Assembly (NCBI RefSeq): GCF_963921235.1
Contig: NC_086108.1
Location: forward strand, 16,120,001 to 16,184,000
Direction: 5' to 3'
Source of the DNA: Mobula hypostoma
Lineage: Eukaryota
Length of the DNA stretch: 64,000 nt
The position numbers and the translations under genes were made by a program. Of this stretch, positions 13,362 through 26,850 are shown piece after piece. Within the stretch, counting starts at the first letter, position 1, and every line of letters starts with the position of its first letter. A model generated the notes under the pieces. It had not been told where the DNA came from, did no database searches, and saw only the letters and a program-made list of their open reading frames with translations.

Positions 13362-14192
13362 ATGGGGTCAAGAATGGGGAAAAAGAATAGAGATAGAAAA
13401 AGCATCACTGCGGAGCCTATGGAAGAGAGAGGTACAACGAGCAGCTCTCCTACACATGCGCGTGGTGGCGAAGCTGACGCGGGACCTTGTTCAGGCGAAG
13501 CGGCAAATATGATAAAGATTCTGGAAGAGATAAGGGAAGTCCAAAAAGATATAAAACAGCAACTAAATGATATAAAGTCAGAGCTCACCAACGTCAATCA
13601 GAAAATAGCGGTGGCAGAGACTCAAATTGAGAAGGTGGAAGATCGCGTGCAATACGTGGAACAGATACTAAGTAAGATGATAAAAATACTAAATCAACAG
13701 GAGAGTAAATTGTTTGACCAGGAGGGAAGATCGCAACGGAAAAATACCAGGGTTTATAATGTTCCTGAAGGAGTGGCAGGATTGTCGATGATTCAGTTTG
13801 TTGAAAAGTTGCTGCGGGAAGCGCAGGAGATTCCCCCGACTATGGAGATTGAAATTGAGAGTGTGCATCGTGCACTCGTCCCGAGGCCTCCCGCAGACAG
13901 AGAAAGTAAGCCGCGCTCAATAGTACTTAGATTCCTTCGATTCAATACCAAGGCGGAGATTCTACGAAGGACCTGGGGTAAGAAGAGGGTGTTTTGGAAC
14001 GGGAAGTTAATATACTTCAATCATGATTACCCCCCAGTGGTCCTACAGAAATGGAAGGAATATTCCGAAGCAAAACGAATATTAAAGCAAGAAAAGATTA
14101 AATTCCAAACCCCGTACCCTGCTAAACTGAGAGTATTTTACGAAGGAGAGATACAGCTATATCAGACAGTGGAAGAGGCGAAGCAGACATGA
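13362..14192 (+). CDS. L1 ORF1p-like protein (coiled coil + RRM/CTD), open frame
   Basis: Heptad region followed by EGRSQRKNTRVYNVPEG, IESVHRAL, PRSIVLRFLRF and YPAKLRV, typical of L1 ORF1p. Confidence 0.85.
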   Translation: MGSRMGKKNRDRKSITAEPMEERGTTSSSPTHARGGEADAGPCSGEAANMIKILEEIREVQKDIKQQLNDIKSELTNVNQKIAVAETQIEKVEDRVQYVEQILSKMIKILNQQESKLFDQEGRSQRKNTRVYNVPEGVAGLSMIQFVEKLLREAQEIPPTMEIEIESVHRALVPRPPADRESKPRSIVLRFLRFNTKAEILRRTWGKKRVFWNGKLIYFNHDYPPVVLQKWKEYSEAKRILKQEKIKFQTPYPAKLRVFYEGEIQLYQTVEEAKQT

Positions 14193-14835
14193 ACAACAGA
14201 GGGATGCCCGTTAGCGTGGCCAAACCAAGGGAAGGCCTGGCTGAGCAGTTATCCCGATCTGCTTGGGAAATAGTAAGAGAACCGAGAAAGCAGGGGATGG
14301 GAGGAGGACAAGAGAAGGATATTAGGAAGAGACTGTGACTTCTCCGAAGACAGCCCTCACCTCCTCCATAAGAGCCATAAGGTTTGGCTAACTTTAAAAG
14401 TGCTGATAAACTAAAAGGAAGCGAAAATAGACGGTGATATACTTATCTCAAGAAATACGTATTATAATGTGGATTTTATATTACTCAATTTTTTTTATTC
14501 TTTCATTCACTCCTTTTTCCCCCACCTAAATGAGAATATACATACATGGGAGAATACACAGGGAAATCTTTTCTGTATAATGGACACAGATTTTTTTACT
14601 TACTTTTATAGGTACTGCAGCGGGGGCCCTCAACTCACAGGTAAGAGGGGCTATCCCCCACGGCTAGATGTTTCTTCTAGCTCAACCCAGGGTCATCCAG
14701 AGACCCCAGCCTTGGAATCACACCTTCGTTACCTTTTTTTTATTATTCGCTTTTCTTGGTTCTTATTTGTTCAGGTAGTAGATCGATTAAGTTATATTCT
14801 GCAAATCTCAATGATATACTAACAGATAAATACAC

Positions 14836-15225
14836 ATGTCTAAGGACAAAGTAAAATTCATTTCTTTTAATGTCAATGGGCTGTTAAATCCAATCAAACG
14901 AAGTAAAATTCTAACAAAAATGAAAAAAGAACAAGCCCATGTAGTATATTTACAGGAAACTCACTTAAGTGATAATGAGCATGGAAAATTAAAGAGAATG
15001 AGCTTCACTAATTTGTTTTTCTCCTCATATAAATCAGGACATAGAAGAGTTGCTATTCTCATCTCAAGCAAGCTAAATTTTGAAAAAGTATTCGAAATGG
15101 AGATAAGGAGGGCAGATATATTCTGGTAAGGGGGAATATTGGCGGAAATCCCGTTACTTTATTGAATATATACACACCCCCAGGCAGTGGTATTAGTTTC
15201 TTCCAGAAAATTACTAATATTATGG
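14836..15225 (+). pseudogene. L1 ORF2 N-terminal APE endonuclease remnant
   Basis: ISFNVNGLLNPIKRSKI, YLQETHL, VAILIS, LLNIYTPP; frameshifted and cut by a CR1. Confidence 0.85.
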
Positions 15226-16934
15226 TGTATATATTTCAATGCTAGGAGTATTGCGGGGAAGGCGGATGAGTTGAGGGCGTGGATTGACACGTGGAATTAT
15301 GATGTTGTAGCAATTAATGAAACTTGGCTACAGGAGGGGCAGGACTGGCAGCTTAATATTCCAGGGTTCCGATGTTTCAGGTGTGATCGAGGCAGAGGAA
15401 TGAAAGGTAGGGGAGTAGCATTGCTTGTTAGGGAAAATATTACAACAGTGCTCAGGCAGGACAGATTAGAGGGCTTGTCTACTGAGTCCTTATGGGTGGA
15501 GCTGAGAAACAGGAAAGGTATGGCCACATTAGTGGGATTGTATTACAGACCACCCAATAGTCAACGAGACTTGGAAGAGCAAATCTGCAGAGAGATAGCA
15601 GGCAACTGCAGGAAACATAAAGTTGTGGTGGTAGGGGATTTTAATTTTCCATACATTGATTGGGACTCCCATACTGTTAGGGGTCTAGATGGTTCAGAGT
15701 TTGTAAAATATGTTCAGGGAAGTTTTCTAAATCAGTATATAGAGGGACCAACTGGAGGGGATGCAATATTGGATCTCCTGTTAGGAAACGAATGAGGACA
15801 AGTGACAGAAGTCTGTGTAGGGGAGCACTTTGGTTCCAGTGATCATAACACCGTTAGTTTCAATTTGATCATGGACAAGGATAGATCTGGTCCTAGGGCT
15901 GAGGTTCTGAACTGGAAGAAGGCCAAATTTGAAGAAATGAGAAAGGATCTAAAAAGCGTGGATTGGGACAGGTTGTTCTCTGGCAAAGATGTGATTGGTA
16001 GATGGGAAGCCTTCAAAGGGGAAATTTTGAGAGTGCAGAGTTTGTATGCTCCTGTCAGGATTAAAGGCAAATTGAATAGGAATAAGGAACCTTGGTTCTC
16101 AAGGGATATTGCAACTCTGATAAAGAAGAAGAGGGAGTTGTATGAAATGTATAGGAAACAGGGGGTAAATCAGATGCTTGAGGAGTATAAGAAGTGCAAG
16201 AAAATACTTAAGAAAGAAATCAGGAGGGCTAAAAGAAGACATGAGGTTGCCTTGGCAGTCAAAGTGAAGGATAATCCAAAGAGCTTTTACAAGTATATTA
16301 AGAGCAAAAGGATTGTAAGGGATAAAATTGGTCCTCTTGAAGATCAGAGTGGTCGGCTTTGTGCAGAACCAAAGGAAATGGGGGAGATCTTAAATAGGTT
16401 TTTTGCGTCTGTATTTACTAAGGAAGCTGGCATGAAATCTATGGAATTGAGGGAATCAAGTAGTAAGACCATGGAAACTGTACAGATTGAAAAGGAGGAG
16501 GTGCTTGCTGTCTTGAGGAAAATTAAAGTGGATAAATCCCCGGGACCTGACAGAGTGTTCCCTCGGACCTTGAAGGAGACTAGTGTTGAAATTGCGGGGG
16601 CCCTGGCAGAAATATTTAAAATGTCGCTGTCTACGGGTGAAGTGCCGGAGGATTGGAGAGTGGCTCATGTTGTTCCGTTGTTTAAAAAAGGATTGAAAAG
16701 TAATCCGGGAAATTATAGGCAGATGAGTTTAACGTCAGTAGTAGGTAAGTTATTGGAGGGAGTACTAAGAGACAGAATCTACAAGCATTTGGATAGACAG
16801 GCACTTATTAGGGAGAGTCAACATGGCTTTGTGCGTGGTAGGTCATGTTTGACCACTCTGTTGGAGTTTTTCGAGGAGGTTACCAGGACAGTGGATGGAG
16901 GGAAGGCAGTGGATATTGTCTACATGGACTTCAG
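15226..16934 (+). mobile_element. Young CR1 ORF2 fragment (EN, tether, start of RT) nested in L1
   Basis: YFNARSIAGK...GDFNFP...SDHN...GNYR..SLTS...QHGF..GRSC; one stop; ends at VYMDFS. Confidence 0.92.
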
Positions 16935-17109
16935 TTTTTTATATATTTAGGGGAGGGTTTAATTATTTATATTACTAATTGGTACTTTTGGAAATTTAGT
17001 ATGGTTTAACATGCTATTCATTTTTTTCGGCTTTATTATAGCGTCTTATAATTGAAATTAAAGTTTTTTTTAGAGACATAATGTTAAACCTAAAAAATGG
17101 CGTTGGTTT

Positions 17110-17460
17110 CAAAATGCAAACCATTATCATATTTTCTGGGAATGCCCCATTATCAAAGACTATTGGAGTGGGATACATAATGCCCTATAAGACATCTTTA
17201 AATGTGAAATACCCTTAGAGAGTAAGACCAATATTTTGGGTATATACCTCAAGAATGGTTGAAAAGAGATAGATATTTGATGAATATACTGCTAGTTGCT
17301 GGTAAAAAGACCCTTACCAGGAAATGGTTATCACAGGAGAGCCCAACTTTAAATGTATGGATGGAAATTACAATGGACATTTACAAAATGGAGAAGATAA
17401 CAGCATCTGATAATCATAAGTTGGATCAATTTCATTCATACTGGGAAAAAATGTTTTAAC
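17110..17460 (+). pseudogene. L1 ORF2 C-terminal (Cys-rich) remnant
   Basis: NANHYHIFWECPIIKDYW, AGKKTLTRKW..PT...W, MEKIT. Confidence 0.8.
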
Positions 17461-17667
17461 TACATAACACCTCATAGGCCTGATTTTATTCTCACAAGTC
17501 AATGAAAACGTTGTAAAAAAAAAATCACTCCCTACTTTGTATGTAGTTTTCTTCTTTTGATTGTTCTTTCTTTCCTCTCCTTTCTATAATTGTATACCTC
17601 AGATAAATATTATGTGGAAATTTGTGACAAATATGACTATATAATATATATGTACAGTATCTGAAAT

Positions 17668-18953
17668 ACATAGAAACATAGAAACATAGAAAATAGGTGC
17701 AGGAGTAGGCCATTCGGCCCTTCGAGCCTGCATCGCCATTTATTATGATCATGGCTGATCATCCAACTCAGAACCCTGCACCAGCCTTCCCTTCATACCC
17801 CCTGATCCCCATAGCCACAAGGGCCATATCTAACTCCCTCTTAAATATAGCCAATGAACTGGTCTCAATTGTTTCCTGTGGCAGAGAATTCCACAGATTC
17901 ACCACTCTCTGTGTGAAGAAGTTTTTCCTAATCTCAGTCCTAAAAGGCTTCCCCTTTATCCTCAAACTGTGACCCCTTGTTCTGGACTTCCCCAACATCG
18001 GGAACAATCCCCCTGCATCTAGCCTGTCCAATCCCTTTAGGATTTTATACGTTTCAATCAGATCCCCCCTCAATCTTCTAAATTCCAACAAGTACAAGCC
18101 TAGTTCATCCAGTCTTTCTTCATATGAAAGTCCTGCCATCCCAGAAATCAATCTGGTGAACCTTCTTTGTACTCCCTCTATGGCAAGGATGTCTTTCCTC
18201 AGATTAGGGGACCAAAACTGCACACAATACTCCAGATGTGGTCTCACCAAGGCCTTGTACAACTGCAGGAGTACCTCCCTGCTCCTGTACTCGAATCCTC
18301 TCGCTATAAATGCCAGCATACCATTCGCCTTTTTCACCACCTGCTGTACCCGCATGCCCACTTTCAATGACTGGTGTGTAATGACACCCAGGTCTCGTTG
18401 CACCTCCCCTTTTCCTAATCGGCCACCATTCAGATAATAATCTGTTTTCCTATTTTTGCCACCAAAGTGGATAACTTCACATTTATCCACATTAAATTGC
18501 ATCTGCCATGAGTTTGCCCACTCACCCAACCTATCCAAGTCACCCTGCATCCTCTTAGCATCCTCCTCACAGTCAACACTGCCGCCCAGCTTCGTGTCAT
18601 CCGCAAACTTGGAGATGCTGCATTTAATTTCCTCATCCAAGTCATTAATATATATTGTAAACAACTGGGGTCCCAGCACTGAGCCTTGCGGTACCCCACT
18701 AGTCACTGCCTGCCATTCTGAAAAGGTCCCATTTATTCCCACTCTTTGCTTCCTGTCTGCTAACCAATTCTCTATCCACATCAATACCTTACCCCCAACA
18801 CCGTGTGCTTTAAGTTTGCACACTAATCTCCTGTGTGGGACCTTGTCAAAAGCCTTTTGAAAATCCAAATATACCACATCCACTGGTTCTCCCCTATCCA
18901 CTCTACTAGTTACATCCTCAAAAAAATTCTATGAGATTCGTCAGACATGATTT
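17668..18953 (-). mobile_element. Young 5'-truncated CR1 (open RT-to-C-terminus ORF 17768-18901) with (TTTCTATG)n tail, in the L1 3' UTR
   Basis: 377-aa [14 protein letters not shown]...GVPQGSVLGP...FADDTK; octamer tail acatagaa x3. Confidence 0.95.
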
Positions 18954-19865
18954 TATGGAAATCTTAACATCTTATGGAAATGTTTGTTTGATGATGAACT
19001 TCAATAAAAAATAAATTACAAAAAAAAAATTATAAGAAGCATAGTTTCAGATAAATAGTAACAATCTTTTTCCTGAGGTTGGGGAGTCCAAAACTAGAGG
19101 GCATCCATTTAGGGTGAGACGGGAAAGATCTAAAGGGGATCTGAATGAGGAAGTGGTTGTAGCAGGTACTATAGTAGCATTTAAGCAACACTTGGGTGGG
19201 TATTGGGGTGGTTCTCAGTGGGCTGGACAAAGGAAATTGGGCCTAACTGTGCTCGGCACAGACTCATTCAGCCATTAGAGTTAGGGTTAGGGTTGGGATT
19301 AACCCTAATACTATTGTTCTATGACTCTATCATTTTATCAACCTCAGCTATCCCTTGCAGATGTGCAGGGACCACTGGATTTGTACGCTAAAGGCCCTTT
19401 TCTCTACAAAGCACCCTAATTATTTATGTCCTAGCCTTACTTGACACCCCCACCCTTATCAAAATACATTATGCATTTCATTGTACCAAAAATGTTTCTT
19501 CCTTCTCTATTAGACATTCCTCTGTTTTTTCCATCCTTCCATTTTCTCCCAGCCAAAAATATTTTGTCTTCTACATTTCACAGTTCTGATGAAGAGTCTT
19601 CAAACTGAAATATTGTCTCTGTTTCTTTCTCCAGAGATGGCGAGTGCATAAGAGTGTTCTCTGCTGGATGGATCAGGATGATGGACTGTGGTGTCAGACG
19701 AATATAGGCCATATGGAGCAGAAAGCAGCAACTTCCACAGGATTATAAGATAGTGAAACTCACGCTGGGGTTAGTGTTTGAGACATAAAAACTGTATCAC
19801 TTTCTTTGGTGAATAGGACTAAGGAAGAACACAAAACAGGCTGATATGCTAGAACATGTCGACGT

Positions 19866-22800
19866 TAAACCATATAAACCATATAACAATTACAGCACAG
19901 AAACAGGCCATCTCGGCCCTTCTAGTCCATGCTGAACGCTTACTCTCACCTGCTTCCACCGACCTGCACTCAGCCCATAACCCTCCATTCCTTTCCTGTC
20001 CATATATCTATCCAGTTTAACTTTAAATGACAACATCGAACCTGCTTCAACCACTTCTGCTGGAAGCTCGTTCCACACAGCTACCACTCTCTGAGTAAAG
20101 AAGTTCCCCCTCATGTTACCCCTAAACTTTTGCCCTTTAATTCTCAACTCATGTCCTCTTGTTCGAATCTCCCCCACTCTCAATGGAAAAAGCCTATCCA
20201 CGTCAATTCTATCAATCCCCCTCATAATTTTAAATACCTCTATCAAGCCCCTCTCAACCTTCTACGGTCCAAAGAATAAAGACCTAACTTGATGAACCTT
20301 TCTCTGTAACTTAGGAGATGAAACCTAGGCAACACTTTAGTAAACCTCCTCTGTACTCTCTCAATTTTATTGACATCTTTCCTATAATTCGGTGGCCAGA
20401 ACTGTACACAATACTCCAAGTTTGCCTTACCAATGCCTTATACAATTTCAACATTACATCCCAACTTCTATACTCAATGCTCTGATTAATAAAGGCCAGC
20501 ATACCAAAAGTTTTCTTTACCACCCTATCCACATGAGATTCCACCTTCAGGGAACTATGCACCATTATTCCTAGATCCCTCTGTTCTACAGCATTCTTCA
20601 ATGCCCTACCATTTACCATGTATGTCCTATTTTGATTAGTCCTACCAAAATGTAGCACCTCACATTTTTCAGCATTAAACTCCATCTGCCATCTTTCAGC
20701 CCACTCTTCTAACTGGCCTAAATCTCTCTGCAAGCTTTGAAAACCTACTTCATTATCCACAACGCCACCTATCTTAGTATCATCTACATACTTACTAATC
20801 CAATTTACCACCCCATCATCCAGATCATTAATATAGATGACAAACAACATTGGACCCAGTACAGATCCCTGAGGCACTCCACTAGTCACCAGCCTCCAAT
20901 CTGACACAAAGTTATCCACCACTACTCTCTGGCGTCTCCCATCTAGCCACTGCTGAATCCATTTTACTACTTCAATATTAATGCCTAACAATTGAACCTT
21001 CCTAACTAACCTTCTGTGTGAACCCTTGTCAAAGGCCTTCCTGAAGTCCATATAGACAACATCCATCGCTTTACCATCGTCAACTTTCCTAGTAACCTCA
21101 TCAAAAAATTCAATAAGATTTGTCAAACATGACATTCCACGCGCAAATCTATGTTGACTGTTCCTGATCAGACCTTGTCTATCCAGATAGTTATATATAC
21201 CATCTCTAAGAATACTTTCCATCAATTTACCCACCACTGACGTCAGACTCACAGGCCAATAATTGCTAGGTTTATTCTTAGAACCCTTTTTAAACAATGG
21301 AACCACATGAGCTATACACCAATCCTCCGGCACCATGCCCGTTTCTAATTACATTTGAAATATTTCTGTCGGAGCCCCTGCTATTTCCACACTAACTTCC
21401 CTCAAGGTTCTAGGGAATATCTTGTCCGGACCCGGAGACTTATCCACCTTTATGTTCGTTAAAAGCGCCAGTACTTCCTCTTCTTTAATCGTCATACTTT
21501 CCATAACAACCCTTCTTGTTTCCTTTACCTTACACAATTCAATATCCTTCTCATTAGTGAATACCAAAGAAAAGAAATTGTTCAAAATCTCCCCCATCTC
21601 GTTTGGCTCCGCACATAGCCGTCCATTCTGATTCTCTAAGAGACCAATTTTATCCCTCACTATCCTTTTGCTATTAATATAACTGTAGAAACCCTTTGGA
21701 TTTATTTTCACTTTACTTGTCAAAGCAGCCTCGTATCTTCTTTTAGCTTTTCTAATTTCTTTCTTAAGATTCTTTTTACATTCTTTATATCCGTCGAGAA
21801 CCTCATTAACTCCAAGCTGCCTATATTTATTGTAGATCCCTCTCTCTTTCCAAACCAAGTTTCCGATATCCCTTGAAAACCATGGCTCTCTCAAACTTTT
21901 GACCTTTCCTTTCAACCTAACAGGAACATAAACATCCTGTACCCTCAAAATTTCACCATTAAATTACCTCCATTTCTCTATTACATCCTTCCCATAAAAC
22001 AAATTGTCCCAATCAACTCCTTCTAAATCCTTTTGCATCTCCTCCAAGTTAGCCTTTCTCCAATCAAAATTCTCAACCCTGGGTCCAGTCCTATCCTTCT
22101 CCATAATTATATTGAAACTAATGGTATTGTGATCACTGGACCCGAAGTGCTCCCCAACACATACCTCTGTCACCTGCCCTATCTCATTCCCTAACAAGAG
22201 ATCCAACACTGCCCCTTCTCTAGTTGGTACCTCTATGTATGGTGCAAAAAACTATCTTGCACACATTTGACAAACTCCAAACCATCCAGCCCTTTTACAG
22301 AAGGGGCTTCCCAGTCTATGTGTGGAAAATTAAAATCTCCCACAATCACAACCTTGTGCTTACTACAAATATCTGCTATCTCCTTACAAATTTGCTCCTC
22401 CAGTTCTCAGTCCCCATTAGGTGGTCTATAAAACACCCCTATAAGCGTCACAACACCTTTCCCATTCCTCAATTCCACCCAAATAGCCTCCCTGAAGGAG
22501 TCCACTAATCTATCCTGCAAGAGCACCGCTGTTATATTTTCTCTGACAAGCAATGCAACACCTCCCCCTCTTGCCCCTCCTATTCTATCACACCTGAAGT
22601 AACAAAATCCTGAAATATTTAGTTGCCAATCACACCCCTCCTGCAACCATGTTTCACTAATAGCTACAACATCATATTTCCAGGTATCAATCCATGCTCT
22701 AAGCTCATCCACCTTTCTTACAATGCTCCTAGCATTAAAATAGATGCATTTAAGAAACTCTCCACCTCTTACTCTCTGTTTATCCTTAATGGAGCAAACA

Positions 22801-23058
22801 ACTTTGTTATCTTTTTCTTCCTTCTCCCCCACATCTTCGGTCTGAGGCTCCCGATCTCTGTCCCATGCCTATCCTCCCTCACACACTGTCTGCTAGCTTT
22901 CTCTATTTGTGAACTAACCTCCTCTCTCCTAGTCTCTTCAATTTGATTCCCACCCCCCCAACCATTCTTGTTTAAAGTTACCTTAGTAGCCTTCGCAAAT
23001 CTCCCAGCCAGGATATTGGTCCCCCTAGGATTCAAGTGCAACCCCTCCTTTTTGTACA
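19866..23058 (-). mobile_element. CR1, ORF1 C-terminus through 3' end, (ATATGGTTT)n tail
   Basis: GLHLNPRGTNILAGRF, CIYFNARS, SDHN, GVPQGSVLGP, YVDDTK; several frameshifts. Confidence 0.95.
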
Positions 23059-23059
23059 G

Positions 23060-24875
23060 GTTACACAGGTTAAGAAAGAGAATGTACTGGAACTGCAAAA
23101 AAAAATTAGGAAAGATCCATCCCCAGGTCCAGATGGGATATATTCAGGTTACTATGAGAAGCATTGACGATCTTTACATCCTCAGTGGCCACAGGAGTAA
23201 TAACAGATAGCAAATGTTGTATCTTTGTTCAAAAAAGGTAATAGGGATAATTCTGGGAATTATAAATCAGTGAATCTTACATTAGCGGTGGGAAAACTAA
23301 TATGGAGGATTCTTCAGGACATGATTTACGAGCATTTGGAGAAGCATAATCTTATTAGGATGGCTTTGTGAGGGGCAAGTCACAAGCTAGTTTGACTTTT
23401 TTCAGGAAGAAACAAAACAAATTGATGAGGGTAGAGCAGTGGATGTGGAGAACATGGACTTTTGTAAGGCATTTGACAAGACTCATCCAGAAAGTCATGA
23501 GGAACAGGATCCATGGAAACTTGCCAGTCTGGATTTGGAATTAGTTTGCCCACAGAAGGCAGAGGATGGTAGTGGCTGGTGAGTATTCTGTCTGGAGATC
23601 AGTGGCCAGGGGCGTTCCACAGGGATTTGCCCTGGGACTCCTGCTCTTTGTGATTTTTATTAATGACTTTGATGAGGAAGTGAAAGGGTGTGTTAGTAAG
23701 CTTGCAGATGACATGAAGGTTGTTGTAGATGGTGTAGAAGGTTGTTGTAGATTACAGTGAGACATGGACAGGATGCATAGCTGGGCTGAGAAGTGGCAGA
23801 TGGAGTTCAATCTGGAAAAGTGAAGTGAGAAGTGATTCTCTTTGGAAGGTTGAACTTGAGGGCAGAGTACAAGGTTAATGGCAGGATTCTTAGCAGCATG
23901 CAGGGGTCCACATCCACAGATCCCTCAAGGTTGCTGTGCAAGTTTATAGGTGGTTAAGAAGGTGTATGGTGTGTTGGTCTTTGTTAGTCAGATGATTGAG
24001 TTCAAGAGCTGAACTCAATCATCACAAGCAGCTCAAGACCTCTAGTTAAACCACACTTCAGGATGCTGCCTGGATTAGAGAACACGCCTTCTGTGGTAAG
24101 GCTGAGCAAGCTAGGGCTTTTCTCCATGTAATGAAGGAGGCTGAGAGGTGCTTTAATGGAGGTGTGTATGAATGTGAGGAGGTGTCAAGGGTCAAATTTT
24201 TTACACAGGGTTTTGTAAGAACATTGCTGGAGGTGGTGGTTAAGGCTGAATCCACAGGGACATACACAGAGCAACTCAGCAGGTCAGACAGCAATAAACA
24301 GTCAATGTTTCAGGACTGGAAAGGAAAGAGGAAGAATCCAGAATGCAGGGGTGGGGAGGGGAAGAGTACAGGCTGGCAGGTGATAGGTGAAGCCAAGTGA
24401 GGGGGAAGGTAGGTGGGTGGAGGAGGGGGATGAAGTGAATAGCTGGAAGGTGATGGATGGAGGCAGTGAAGGGCTGAAGAAGGAGGGATCTGATAGGAGA
24501 GCAGAGTGGACCATGGTGCTGGAGACAAATTCCCAGGAATTTCCCACGTGGCTGTGATAGCGAGTCTGTGGTAGAGTCAAGATCCCCCTTCTTTTCTACT
24601 CCTGATGAAAGCTCTTGGACAGAAATGTCAGCTGTTTATTCCTCTCTGTAGATGCTCAGTTCCTCCGGCATTTTGTGTGTGGTGCTCTGGATTTCCAGTA
24701 TCTGTAGAATCCCTTGTAGTTATCAATAGGGGTATTTAAGAGACCCATGGATGTAAAAAGAAATGCAGGGTTATGGGCTGTGTAGACAGAGGGGTTAGAT
24801 TGACCATTGAGTAAGTTTCTACAGGTTGGGACAACATCCTGGGCCGAAGGGCCCACATTGTGCTCTGTACTTTCC
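23060..24875 (+). mobile_element. Old degraded CR1 (RT to 3' UTR), interrupted at about 24262-24715
   Basis: [29 protein letters not shown]. Confidence 0.8.
24262..24712. mobile_element. Penelope-like non-autonomous element with inverted arms and purine-rich core; hammerhead remnant at 24602-24625
   Basis: Left arm ctcagcaggtcagacagc..cagtcaatgtttcagg is inverted relative to right arm ctgatgaaagctcttggacagaaatgtc..tccggcattttgtgtgt. A similar core occurs at 41665-41920. Confidence 0.6.
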
Positions 24876-25014
24876 TTATGCTTTTATGTAAAAAATCAGT
24901 AGAGCAAAATTACTTGTTTCAGTGTTGTAAATTGCTCCTGTTACCCAATCCCCCTCATCACACCACCATAAAATACTACAGACAAGCCTAAAGTAGCAAA
25001 CCTGCCCTACTGAC

Positions 25015-25141
25015 CAGCTCTGCAGGGACTTCTGAACTTCTGACTGAGCTTGTAACAGCATGCTCATTGTGACCGGCTTGCCATTCTCAATCGCTTCCAT
25101 AATCTGTCTGATGATCTGTGAGCTGCACTGCAGGAGCTCCT
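25015..25141 (-). CDS. RGSL1: RGSL1-like exon G (127 nt, ELLQCSSQIIRQIMEAIENGKPVTMSMLLQAQSEVQKSLQS)
   Basis: Acceptor ccccaacctcttag|, donor TG|gtcagt, phase 1/2. Completes the RGS-like fold. No further exon found to its left in the window. Confidence 0.8.
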
Positions 25142-26850
25142 CTAAGAGGTTGGGGAGGGGTGGGGGTTGTGGTGGGATGGCGAGAGACACATGAGAGAAA
25201 TGAGAATGAATATTTTAGTTCGGCAAACATATCCCCTGTTTTCATCCCCTTCAGCAGGCATGTTGGTAGTGACTGGTTTCTTGGCAGTGAACCTCTCCCC
25301 ATTAGACAGTACCAAGTGCTGGCTTCTCAATAAGCCAGAGCACTCTCTTTGCCTCATTGAATCTGATGAATTCAATAAGACAATGTGGGTCCGTAAAGCT
25401 ATTTACTGATGTTTTCTGCTTGACTAGTTCCACTATGTGAACACTGATGCCCAATGATAAGTACCAAGTAAGGCACAGTTGATGGTCTCTTGAAGGCCCA
25501 ATCAGGTCCAGTGGAGACTGGTCTACACACTCCAAAGCAAATCCTATGTCATTCATTCTCCAAATAACAGATCTGGATGGAGAGACAGTCAGCTCATCCA
25601 TCATGTGACAGAGAAGAGATCTTCACCCCATCAACAATAAGAGTCATGCAGCAGAGAAACAGGTCCTTTTGTCTATCAAGTGTCCACCTGTACCAATTCT
25701 TGCTCCTTGTGACTCTCCTTCCAGGCTTATTTGCAGGGTATGTGGTTGCCCAGCTCACCAAAGCTCAGAGAACCCAGCTGCAAAGACCTCTGGGGTCAGG
25801 AACTGATGCCACACTCGGGATCAAACACAGCAGCATGTCAATATCTGTGGAAGCAAACCTGACACAGTCAGGGGAATTACTCGTCACAGGCATGGTTTGA
25901 GATGAGGCAGCAGGAAACCTCTTATGTGAATCTGGAACCTTCCAACAAGAGGGCTATGGTTATTCAGTGCTGGGAGTATCCAAGGCTGAGATTGATGAAG
26001 CTTTGGACACTAAGGGAATCAACGAAAATGATGAAAAAGTGTGACAGTGCAAACAAATTGAAGGATCACCGATAAGTCTATTGAATGTTGCAGCAAGCCT
26101 GAGGTCTAACTGTAGGCTCAGCAGGTCAGGCAGCATCTATAGCAGGAAATGATCAATCAATACATTAACGTATTGGAGAGGATCTCAGCTTTCTATCTTT
26201 GTTTGTAGGCCTTGCAGCTTGGCCCCTGCAAGGATCTAAAGTCCAGAAAGTCAATTGCCCTTCTTCCTCTGCAGATGCTGCCTAACCTGCTGAGATCCTC
26301 TAGTGTTCCATGAGTTGCTCCACATTCCAGTATTCATGTTCTTGTGTCTCCGGAGATCCAGTTGGTCCTACTCCTACTATAAGTTCTTATACAAGATCTT
26401 GATCAGATGTGTGTTTTAAAGAGAGAGAGGCAGAGAATTAGGAGAGGTTAGGCAAGGACTTCCACACTTTAGGTTTTGAAAGCTTAAAGGGACGACCATC
26501 AAGAAGAGTCTGAGGAAGCCAGAACTGGGGGTGGGGGGGTGTGTGGAGAGATTCAAAAGTTGTTGGAATTAAAAGAAAGAAGAAGCTTCTGAGAAATTTG
26601 AAAGCAAGAGTAAGAATCTTAGATACCCAAGAATTGTTTCAATGAGGAACAGACGTAAATCAGCAGCAGCAGAAATGACGGGGGTAGAGGACCTGGTGCA
26701 AATCGCAGCATAGCTGTTACCCTAACACTACTACAGTGCCAGTGACCTGTGTTCAATTCCCTCTCTGTCTGAGAAACACAATTGTTCATTGTGACTTGCT
26801 AAGGAGTTTAGAAAGGATTTGTCCAATTGGAGACTTTGTGTGGTACTCAC

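Larger units (their letters stand above)
13239..19025 (+). mobile_element. L1-clade LINE with 5' UTR, ORF1, internally deleted ORF2, polyA tail and TSD
   Basis: TSD aaaattacgagaagcat (13222-13238) / aaaattataagaagcat (19026-19042) at a TT/AAAA site; AATAAA plus A-tail at 19003-19029. The host CR1 reads through 13087-13238 to 19043-19330. Confidence 0.9.

Noticed and set aside
19620..19760. Plus-strand acceptor-like tctttctccag followed by unique sequence
   Set aside because: The tract belongs to the Penelope-like arm; there is no partner exon or recognisable peptide.
25200..25900. Short ORFs between exons F and G as extra RGSL1 exons
   Set aside because: Exons F and G already join in phase with collinear motifs; the candidate acceptor near 25846 runs into a stop.
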